Origin: a virus
DNA length: 64,000 nt
Virus record (IMG/VR): IMGVR_UViG_3300011102_000062
Reading direction: 5' to 3' (one strand)
Below the pieces are notes generated by a model, which saw only the letters and a list, made by a program, of their open reading frames with translations, was not told the DNA's origin and ran no database searches. Below, in pieces: positions 10,179-17,854 of the stretch. The first letter of the stretch is position 1. Every line of letters begins with the position of its first letter. Both the position numbers and the translations under genes were made by a program.

Positions 10179-10505
10179 ATGAGTGCGCTGCATGAGTTGC
10201 CGGGGAAGTGGCGGACAGACGCATCTAGGCTTTCGACCTACGATGGAGTGGCAATCGGAAAGCGCGCGTGCGCCGACGAACTCGAAGCCGCCCTCAAGCA
10301 GGCGGGCGAGCCGGTGGCGTGGCGTGTGGCGAATCATCCAAATGGCCCATTCGCACTGCGTAAGACAGAGCCAGCCGGATGGGCCGTGATCGAACCGCTC
10401 CACACGGCCCCTCCCGCAGACACGGCGGCGCGGCTGGACGACAAGACAGCCGACCGCCTGCGGCGCAAGTACGCCAAAGCCCGCAAGGCGCTGGGGGCGG
10501 GGTGA
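10179..10505 (+). CDS. hypothetical protein
   Basis: AGGAG RBS; LHELPGKWR, EPVAWR motifs typical of phage accessory proteins. Confidence 0.6.
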   Translation: MSALHELPGKWRTDASRLSTYDGVAIGKRACADELEAALKQAGEPVAWRVANHPNGPFALRKTEPAGWAVIEPLHTAPPADTAARLDDKTADRLRRKYAKARKALGAG

Positions 10506-11350
10506 TGGAGAAAATGTTGCGCCTGTCACCGAGAGACCAGCTGGTACTAACGTATTCACACCTAGTCGAAGGAGAAACCATCAATGGAGAAGTATGCCCC
10601 CATTGCAACGGTGGACTTAGCGGAGACAGGACGCTTTCTGTCAGCCGCAGAGATGGAGTCCTTTTATGGATATGCTATCGAGCTTCATGCCAGTTTAGAG
10701 GAAGCGATGGAAGAGCTGGCGGAACTCCGAAAGACCGCCTTACTGTACCCTCTGCTCGGGCTGCGACCGGACGTTGGATTTGTAGAGAGAGTGCACAATT
10801 GCCGGAGAGCATTGTTGAATTGCTGGCACGAAAGTATTGCATTGAAGCAGAAGATACATTCCGTGCGGGTTTCGGATGGAGTGAGAAAGACCAGCGCCTC
10901 GTCATGCCAGTCAGGGCATATGATGGGTCAGAACATGGGGTAATGCTGCGATCACTTGACGGTCGCCAGCCCAAAGTTGTAAGCTATACGGACAAAGGAG
11001 CAATCGCATGGTATACCAATCGAACTACCGACGGAGTTATTATCGTCGAGGATCAGCTATCAGCTGTCAGAGCCTGCCGCTATTTAACTTCCGTTGCCTT
11101 GCTAGGAACTAACCTGAGCTATAAGAACATCAATGAAATCAAGGACTTGGGATTGTCTCCGGTATTTCTAGCCTTAGACAATGATGCAATCACCAAAGCC
11201 ATCAAGTTTGTCCAGCAATATCGAAGTGTGCTGCCAATACGATTAGTGAGGCTGGACAAGGACATAAAGGATATGACACATGAAGAAGTTAATCGGTTAT
11301 TTACCGGTATTGGCTACACTTGTAATGCTGATGATGCTAGGCTGCAATAA
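10505..11350 (+). CDS. DNA primase (Zn finger + TOPRIM)
   Basis: CPHC...CYRASC; IVED; LALDND TOPRIM motif. Confidence 0.85.
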   Translation: MEKMLRLSPRDQLVLTYSHLVEGETINGEVCPHCNGGLSGDRTLSVSRRDGVLLWICYRASCQFRGSDGRAGGTPKDRLTVPSARAATGRWICRESAQLPESIVELLARKYCIEAEDTFRAGFGWSEKDQRLVMPVRAYDGSEHGVMLRSLDGRQPKVVSYTDKGAIAWYTNRTTDGVIIVEDQLSAVRACRYLTSVALLGTNLSYKNINEIKDLGLSPVFLALDNDAITKAIKFVQQYRSVLPIRLVRLDKDIKDMTHEEVNRLFTGIGYTCNADDARLQ

Positions 11351-11408
11351 ACCGTCAGCAGATTCCTTCATGTCTAACCAATATAACAGGTATACAGCGG
11401 AGCATTGA
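11280..11408 (+). CDS. small predicted lipoprotein (42 aa)
   Basis: MKK + hydrophobic stretch + MLGC lipobox-like; AAGGA RBS; TGATG coupling to helicase. Confidence 0.55.
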   Translation: MKKLIGYLPVLATLVMLMMLGCNKPSADSFMSNQYNRYTAEH

Positions 11409-12619
11409 TGGAGAAGCAACTACTAGGCGTAAGCATGAAGTCACGCCAAGACTACAATCTAGTTCGTAACTACATCGACGTGAACGGCAAGCACTACAGC
11501 AAGCCGTTCCAAGTATTGATGGGTATGATTGCGGACTACTATTCAAGGGACGGCACGGCCGACTTCGTGCACCCTGAAGTTTTAGGCGCGCAGGTAAAAG
11601 AGAGTCTCAGAAATAATAAGCATGTCGAGCTGTTCGACAGCTTGATCGCTGAGTCAGTAGCAGCTGGTCATGAAGCTAACGTTCGCGCTGCTATTCTCGC
11701 TGCCAAGCAGCAGGAGGTAGGAGATAAATTGGCGGTGGCCATTACTTCTGGAAGCCAAGATATTGACGAGCTGATGAAAGAGTACGATGCTCTCCGAAAG
11801 ATGACAGGGTTAGACGATCTTGTAGATAATGGGCTGGAAGTTTTTGCAGAGATTGACCTAGCGTCTCTAATTCAGCATGAGTTTGACCCTTCCGTTCTGA
11901 TCGAGCTATACCCTAAATCTCTCACCGATAGACTAGATGGTGGAGCAAAGAGAGGTCACCACATCACCATCTTCGGTAGGCCAGAGTCCATGAAATCAGG
12001 CTCGGCTATCAATATCTTGTGCGGAGTAGGCAGACAGGGTAAGAAAGGTCTGTACTTCATCAACGAGGATAGACCGCAAGATATAATCCTGAGAAAGGTG
12101 AGCAACCTGAGCGGTATGACCAAGCATCAGATCAGGGACAACCCAAGGCTTGCCCAGAAGAGAGCGATGGATAACGGGTTCGGCAATCTGATTGTTGTAT
12201 CGTGTTCCCCCGGCACCATAAGTCAACTTGAGTCATACATCGAGAAATACGACCCGGATGTTATTGTCGTTGACCAGCTGCGTAACTTGAAGGTCAAAGC
12301 AGACAACCGTGTTAACCAGCTAGAATATGCAGCTACAGGTGTTCGTAACCTAGCCAAAGCTGCCAATGTTCTAGCTATCAGTGTGACTCAGGCAGGAGAT
12401 AGCGCTGACGGTAAAGCTGTGCTTGAAATGGGGGATGTTGACTACAGCAACACAGGTATTCCGGCTCAGGCTGACTTGATGATTGGCGTAGGAGTTACAC
12501 CAGAACTGGAAGCAGAAGGGCTACGAGTGTTCTCTATGCCTAAGAACAAGATCAGTGGCGATCATGGCAACTTCCCTGTTAGGGTGGTGCCTCAACTAAG
12601 TAGGGTGTTAAGCGTATGA
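11408..12619 (+). CDS. DnaB-like (SF4) replicative helicase
   Basis: GRPESMKS Walker A variant, VIVVDQ Walker B, SVTQA, ADLMIG, KNK. Confidence 0.85.
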   Translation: MEKQLLGVSMKSRQDYNLVRNYIDVNGKHYSKPFQVLMGMIADYYSRDGTADFVHPEVLGAQVKESLRNNKHVELFDSLIAESVAAGHEANVRAAILAAKQQEVGDKLAVAITSGSQDIDELMKEYDALRKMTGLDDLVDNGLEVFAEIDLASLIQHEFDPSVLIELYPKSLTDRLDGGAKRGHHITIFGRPESMKSGSAINILCGVGRQGKKGLYFINEDRPQDIILRKVSNLSGMTKHQIRDNPRLAQKRAMDNGFGNLIVVSCSPGTISQLESYIEKYDPDVIVVDQLRNLKVKADNRVNQLEYAATGVRNLAKAANVLAISVTQAGDSADGKAVLEMGDVDYSNTGIPAQADLMIGVGVTPELEAEGLRVFSMPKNKISGDHGNFPVRVVPQLSRVLSV

Positions 12620-12816
12620 ACAAGCGATATATCTGTGAAGAGTGCGGTGTGAAGTGTGATGAAGTTCATTTCACCCATAATGATGTGCAGATGTGCGAGG
12701 TTTGCTTCTATTCCTATTGGGCTGAAATGAATCAGGAACCTGACTATGAGATGGAAGACTACCTGTATGATGATCCTCGTGCTGACTACGTATACTCTCC
12801 ACCTAGCCGAGGTTGA
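12616..12816 (+). CDS. small Zn-ribbon protein
   Basis: CEEC...CEVC. Confidence 0.6.
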   Translation: MNKRYICEECGVKCDEVHFTHNDVQMCEVCFYSYWAEMNQEPDYEMEDYLYDDPRADYVYSPPSRG

Positions 12817-13046
12817 TGATGAAACTCATGGACATGTACGACCTGCCAGTACTGATGACAGTGGGTTTCTCCGCAGGTTGGAGCGGGTATAGCTGGTTCG
12901 GAAAGGATAGGAAAGGAAATGAATGGCAAGCCTACTTGGACGACAAGAGCCTGATTGCCTTCCGTCCCCAATCAGGAGAATTCTGGGGAGCCCCTGTTCG
13001 TATGAAGTATGAAGAGTTTGAACAGTTGTTCAAAGAAGGAGAGTAA
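12816..13046 (+). CDS. hypothetical protein
   Basis: coupled ORF. Confidence 0.55.
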   Translation: MMKLMDMYDLPVLMTVGFSAGWSGYSWFGKDRKGNEWQAYLDDKSLIAFRPQSGEFWGAPVRMKYEEFEQLFKEGE

Positions 13047-13047
13047 G

Positions 13048-13551
13048 ATGAAAGAGAAGCTATGGAGCCTGCTGGCAGCCTTCGTATCCAGACCGGCAGT
13101 AGCTAACTGGCTTATTAGGAAATCCCAGTGGACTCCTTATTTTCACCTGCATGGATATATGAAACGATGGTGGCTGTTCAATCGTTATAGTGAAGTTGAC
13201 TCGATGGAAAAAGTTGAGCGCAGGTTCAAGTGGCTGCCGTCCATCCGAGTCCACCACATCCTAAGGGAAGACAGGGCTGCCCATCTTCACGATCATCCTT
13301 GGAACGCCCGCACAATCATCCTGAAGGGTAGCTACGTAGAGGAGATGGAGGACGGGCAGGTCTACGTCAGACGACCCGGAGACACCCGCCCCATCCGTTA
13401 CGGAGAGTATCACCACATCAGGTGGGTTCAGCCCGGAGGGGTGTACACCCTGTTCTTTACATGGGAGTACATGGGAACATGGGGCTTTTTAGTAGACGGC
13501 AAGAAAGTTCCTTATAAGAAATACCTTGAAGAACACCCGGAGCGTTCCTGA
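13048..13551 (+). CDS. cupin-fold phage protein
   Basis: HLHDHPW...GSYVEE...YHHI cupin-like motif. Confidence 0.65.
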   Translation: MKEKLWSLLAAFVSRPAVANWLIRKSQWTPYFHLHGYMKRWWLFNRYSEVDSMEKVERRFKWLPSIRVHHILREDRAAHLHDHPWNARTIILKGSYVEEMEDGQVYVRRPGDTRPIRYGEYHHIRWVQPGGVYTLFFTWEYMGTWGFLVDGKKVPYKKYLEEHPERS

Positions 13552-13563
13552 AAAGGGCAGCCC

Positions 13564-13592
13564 TTGACAATAAGGGAGAACATCCGTAACAT
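13564..13592 (+). promoter_or_regulatory. sigma70-like promoter
   Basis: TTGACA-17 nt-TAACAT. Confidence 0.6.
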
Positions 13593-13604
13593 GTTCTCCC
13601 CTAA

Positions 13605-13631
13605 AGGCTAGCCTCCGTGCTGGCCTTTTTC
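13605..13631 (+). terminator. intrinsic terminator
   Basis: GGCTAGC-loop-GCTGGCC then TTTTT. Confidence 0.65.
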
Positions 13632-13647
13632 TATCTGGAATCTGAAC

Positions 13648-13878
13648 ATGAGATTCAGCTGCGGTAAAACAGACAATCAGAAATTCAAAGATAGACTAGA
13701 GAGGATAGCTAGAGAGAAACAGTGGCATAGGGTATTTCTGTTCTGGCCTAAAACTATTGAAGAGAAAGATGGCAGGAAGATTTGCTACTGGCTCCAGCAG
13801 GTAGAGAAAAGAATGGTCCATGAAGGTGATTTATTCTATAGTTTACCTGTATATGAATATCGCCCCATTAATAAGTAA
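13648..13878 (+). CDS. hypothetical protein
   Basis: WHRVFLFWP motif common in small phage proteins. Confidence 0.55.
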   Translation: MRFSCGKTDNQKFKDRLERIAREKQWHRVFLFWPKTIEEKDGRKICYWLQQVEKRMVHEGDLFYSLPVYEYRPINK

Positions 13879-13939
13879 TTAATATAACGTTATACCATAA
13901 CACTTCGATTGGAAAAATAAGGCCGAGGAGGCCACTAGA

Positions 13940-14179
13940 ATGCCAACTACAATCACATTGAATGAAAAATCAGCTGCTCTGATCCTTGATGAGAATTGTT
14001 CAGCACAGCTGTTCCTCCCTAAGACCTCACTACAGAATGATATTGCTCCGGTAAACGCGGCTGTCATTACAGCACTGGCGCTTGTCATTGACAAGCCGAA
14101 TCTGCTTGAGCTTGTGATGAACTCTTTCTTCGAAGAGGTTGACAAGTCAAGGGAGAATGAAGATGACAAACCAGAGTGA
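13940..14179 (+). CDS. hypothetical protein
   Basis: GAGGAGG RBS. Confidence 0.6.
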   Translation: MPTTITLNEKSAALILDENCSAQLFLPKTSLQNDIAPVNAAVITALALVIDKPNLLELVMNSFFEEVDKSRENEDDKPE

Positions 14180-14338
14180 TCCCACATGGCGCTGTGAGCA
14201 TCCTGACACGGGCGATGTGAAAATGGCAGCCAAGCCTGAGCACCGCACCAAGTTGGAAGATGAAGGCTATGTTTGCGCACTGTTTGTGGAAGAGGACTGG
14301 TTCCCTATTCCTCCCAACACTACTGACTAAGGTATCCT

Positions 14339-16240
14339 ATGGATGATGTGACTAAGACTGACAACCTGCTGCCTTGGTTCCTCGTCCATTCAAACCCGGA
14401 GGACCTATACACTTCCTTGCCGTACTTGGTGCTTGACTTCGAGACTGACGTAGAAGACAAGGGTTCGGCTCTCACCGAGAGCAACGACATTGTACTTGCC
14501 TGTTGGCAGATTGTTAGTCCAGATGGGGGTGTAATCAAGACAGCTGAGAAGTGGGGAGGTATATATCAGCAGCAGGAATTGCTGGATGATATCAAGACTG
14601 TAGGCTTTGTCGTGGCACAGAACGCCAAGTTCGAAGCTCAGTGGCTAAAGCGATGCGGACAGGAACTCCGAGACGTTTTGTTCTACGACACCATGCTGGC
14701 CGAGTGGGTGCTTCACGGCAACCGCAAGGGTAAGGAATTCTCCCGAGCCCTAGGCAGCATGGCCCGCCGCTACGGTGTACCCGGCAAGAAGGATATCGTT
14801 GCCGCCCTTATTGAGATGGGCGTCCCTACTAGGGATATTCACCCCGGCTGGCTGTTGGAATACTGCCATGCTGACGTGGAGGCTACCAAGAATGTATTTC
14901 TGAAGCAGCAGTCAGAGCTTAGCAAGATGCAGCAATGGCATCTGGTTCATACACGCAACTTGTGCTGCGCGGTGCTGGCTGACATAGAGTTCGAAGGATT
15001 GACCTTAGACCCTGAAAGGGTGAATGAGGAGTACGTCAAGGCGGTGAGAGACCTAGAGGTTCTAGGTGCAGAGCTTGCCAAGATGACCGGTGGCATCAAC
15101 CTCGGTAGTCCTAAGCAGCTAGCCGTATACCTGTACGACACGCTCGGATTCAAGGAAGCCAAGGACTGGAAGGGTGATGTAATCAAGACTGGCAAGGGAG
15201 AAAGGTCCACTAACGCCAAAGTCTTGGAACAACTGGTAGTAGAGACAGAAGAGCAGCGCAAGTTCTTTGACTTGTATAAGCGTTATAATAAAGCTGCCAG
15301 CCTCCTTGAAAAGAACCTCGACTATTTCAAAAGGACCTGTGATGAGAAGGGTGGAACCTTCCGAGGATTGTTCAGGCAAGGAGTAGTACAGACTCATAGG
15401 CTCGCGTCCAGTGGTATCCCCACTCTGTTCAAGGGGTTGAAGAATCCCAAGAGTGTCCAGCTTCAAAACATTCCCCGTGAATTCAAGAGCCTGTTCTGGT
15501 CAGGAGATGATGATTATGAAGTAGCAGAGTTCGACGGTAGCCAGCTGGAGTTTCGGGTAGCGGTAGACATGGGCAAGGACAGGGTTGGCCTGAAGGAGAT
15601 TGAACAGGGAGTAGATATCCATAGCTTCACAGCCAAGGTGTTGACTGAGAACGGAGAACCTACTACTCGACAGGAAGCCAAGGCCAAGACGTTCCGTCCG
15701 TTATACGGAGGCGGGTCAGGAAGCCCGGCCCTACAGGAATACTGCGAATACTTCAAGAACAAGTACAAAGGAATCAGTAATACACAAAGAGGATGGGCGC
15801 TGAAGTGTGCCAGTGAAGGGCAGTATACTACACCATATGGTATGGTGTTCTACTTTCCCGGCACCAAGATGAAGAGAAGCGGTTACATCACGAACTCGAC
15901 CAACATCTATAACTACCCTGTTCAGGGATTCGCTACAGGCGAAATCATTCCGATAGCATTGGTCTACTTCTGGCATCGCACTCGTAATCTACCTGTAAGA
16001 ATCTTCGCTACGATTCATGACAGCATTGCTGTCAAATTGAAGAAAGGAACCTTCGATGAAGTATTGCTAATTGCAAAGCAAGCGTTCACACATGATGTGT
16101 ATAATTACCTGCAAAGGGTGTACAACTACAGGTTTAGGGTTCCGCTAGGTCTTGGAGCTAAGGTTTCCAAACACTGGGGGGATACAAAAGAAGAGGTAAA
16201 ATTCGACGTGTGGCCTGACGGCCGAGAGGAGAAGCGTTAA
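14339..16240 (+). CDS. DNA polymerase family A with 3'-5' exonuclease
   Basis: LDFET, NAKFE, YCHAD exo motifs; DGSQLEFR, RQEAK...YG, IHDS polymerase motifs. Confidence 0.95.
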   Translation: MDDVTKTDNLLPWFLVHSNPEDLYTSLPYLVLDFETDVEDKGSALTESNDIVLACWQIVSPDGGVIKTAEKWGGIYQQQELLDDIKTVGFVVAQNAKFEAQWLKRCGQELRDVLFYDTMLAEWVLHGNRKGKEFSRALGSMARRYGVPGKKDIVAALIEMGVPTRDIHPGWLLEYCHADVEATKNVFLKQQSELSKMQQWHLVHTRNLCCAVLADIEFEGLTLDPERVNEEYVKAVRDLEVLGAELAKMTGGINLGSPKQLAVYLYDTLGFKEAKDWKGDVIKTGKGERSTNAKVLEQLVVETEEQRKFFDLYKRYNKAASLLEKNLDYFKRTCDEKGGTFRGLFRQGVVQTHRLASSGIPTLFKGLKNPKSVQLQNIPREFKSLFWSGDDDYEVAEFDGSQLEFRVAVDMGKDRVGLKEIEQGVDIHSFTAKVLTENGEPTTRQEAKAKTFRPLYGGGSGSPALQEYCEYFKNKYKGISNTQRGWALKCASEGQYTTPYGMVFYFPGTKMKRSGYITNSTNIYNYPVQGFATGEIIPIALVYFWHRTRNLPVRIFATIHDSIAVKLKKGTFDEVLLIAKQAFTHDVYNYLQRVYNYRFRVPLGLGAKVSKHWGDTKEEVKFDVWPDGREEKR

Positions 16241-16464
16241 TGGCAGTGGCTAAGAAGAATACAGCAAAGAAAGCAGTGAGCAAGAAGTACGCAATTAATA
16301 GCAATATCAGTCCAGAGTTGGGCGAGCCGTTTGACTCTATGGAAGAAGTATTAGAACATCTAGACCACTATTGGTGCTGGGACGAGGGTGAGGTTGTGTT
16401 TGTGTATGAGCTAACACCTGTAAATAAGTTCAGGACTGGCAAGAAGTACGAGGAGGTCAAGTGA
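16240..16464 (+). CDS. hypothetical protein
   Basis: TAATG coupling. Confidence 0.6.
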   Translation: MAVAKKNTAKKAVSKKYAINSNISPELGEPFDSMEEVLEHLDHYWCWDEGEVVFVYELTPVNKFRTGKKYEEVK

Positions 16465-16751
16465 TGCCGCATCCGCATAAGTCTACAACTCACGAAGAGA
16501 AGTTCTTCCACCTGCGGGATTATAATGGTTATGATGACCATGCTACTGTGTTCATGCGCAAGGAGGGAGAAAGCTGGTACGGCAGTGCTGCCCTGTGTCA
16601 CGAGAAGGACAACTTCTGCCGTAAGGTTGGACGTAGTGTAGCCCGAAGGAAGTATTTCCTAGGCAAGAAGTTTGATGTAAGTGAGCCTACTCTAGACGGG
16701 GCTTACGAAGTAGTGCATGCTGTAATCAATTCTATGTACGGAGTTAAGTAA
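16464..16751 (+). CDS. hypothetical protein
   Basis: CHEKDNFCRKVGR motif seen in phage proteins. Confidence 0.6.
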   Translation: MPHPHKSTTHEEKFFHLRDYNGYDDHATVFMRKEGESWYGSAALCHEKDNFCRKVGRSVARRKYFLGKKFDVSEPTLDGAYEVVHAVINSMYGVK

Positions 16752-17311
16752 TGAGTCAATTTGTAACTGGTATTATTCAAGAAATTCGCAGGAAGCCCGT
16801 GTCTGGTGGCAAGACTGCTTATGATATTGTGGTAGGTGGTCAGACTTACGGGTACGGACTGTACCCGCCCAAGACTAACGAAGGCGATTACGTTCGGTTT
16901 GAAGTAGACGAGAGCCGTGGCTACAAGAACGTGGCTCGCAACAGCCTGAAGGTTAGCAAGAACAAGCCGCCGGCAGAGGCCGTGGCTGAAGCTCAATCTA
17001 CAGCCCCTAAGAAGAACTCTGAAGGGGCTAGCTTCGATGCCCGTCAGGACAGCATTGTCCGTCAGTCATCTACGCAGTATGCCGTGGCCTACCTCGGCGT
17101 GCTGGCTCAGGCTGGTGCTCTGGCTGTTCCTGCGACCAAGGGTAAGCAGCAGGAGTATATGGATACCCTGCTGGCTAAGTACACTCAGCACTTCTACGAA
17201 GCTAACTCTGGTCTGAAGTGGAAGGATATTTCTCCTTCCGCGCCTAAGGAAGAGGCGGAGGACGAGGACTCTCCGGAAGAGCAGGCTCCGGACGACGCTC
17301 CTTGGGAGTAA
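16751..17311 (+). CDS. probable single-stranded DNA-binding protein
   Basis: OB-like N-terminus, acidic tail ending DDAPWE. Confidence 0.6.
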   Translation: MSQFVTGIIQEIRRKPVSGGKTAYDIVVGGQTYGYGLYPPKTNEGDYVRFEVDESRGYKNVARNSLKVSKNKPPAEAVAEAQSTAPKKNSEGASFDARQDSIVRQSSTQYAVAYLGVLAQAGALAVPATKGKQQEYMDTLLAKYTQHFYEANSGLKWKDISPSAPKEEAEDEDSPEEQAPDDAPWE

Positions 17312-17414
17312 TTGTTCGACCTGATGTTCTTTATGGGGATGGCGCTAGCCGCCATCCTCATTCTAGCTTTGCTAGCTTATGCAGCGTTACCATATAACTA
17401 CAAGGAAAAAATCT

Positions 17415-17843
17415 ATGTCAGCAAAAGAACTACTGGCGATGCACGAGCAACTTTGCTCAGAGGCCAGAAGTATCATGGAAGCCAAGAACCATGATTACAC
17501 TTCAGGATCAGGTGATCCGTACCATAACTTCCGTGGTAGCAAAACTCTAGGAGTAGACCCCATCGTTGGGGTGATGCTGCGAATGCAGGACAAGATGCAG
17601 CGCATTAAGACCTTCGCCGAGAAAGGCGAACTGCTTGTCAAGGGAGAGGGTGTAGAAGACGCCTTCCGTGATCTTATCAATTATACGGTGCTGGCGTATG
17701 GACTCTCAAGAGAAGAACGAGCAGCTCCCTCAAATGAGCCCGCAGGAACTAAGACTTATTACGATTCTAAGATTGTACCAAACTGGCCACACCCACTTAC
17801 TGCCTCAGATTATGAGGCTCCTAGCTTCACTCTTAGAGATTGA
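17415..17843 (+). CDS. nucleotide modification-associated domain 1 (DUF1599-like)
   Basis: KNHDY...NF...RMQDKMQR...EDAFRDLINY. Confidence 0.75.
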   Translation: MSAKELLAMHEQLCSEARSIMEAKNHDYTSGSGDPYHNFRGSKTLGVDPIVGVMLRMQDKMQRIKTFAEKGELLVKGEGVEDAFRDLINYTVLAYGLSREERAAPSNEPAGTKTYYDSKIVPNWPHPLTASDYEAPSFTLRD

Positions 17844-17854
17844 GGAAGAACTTG

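Noticed and set aside
11975..12000. Inactive helicase because Walker A reads GRPESMKS
   Set aside because: The catalytic Lys-Ser and other SF4 motifs are intact; probably a tolerated variant.
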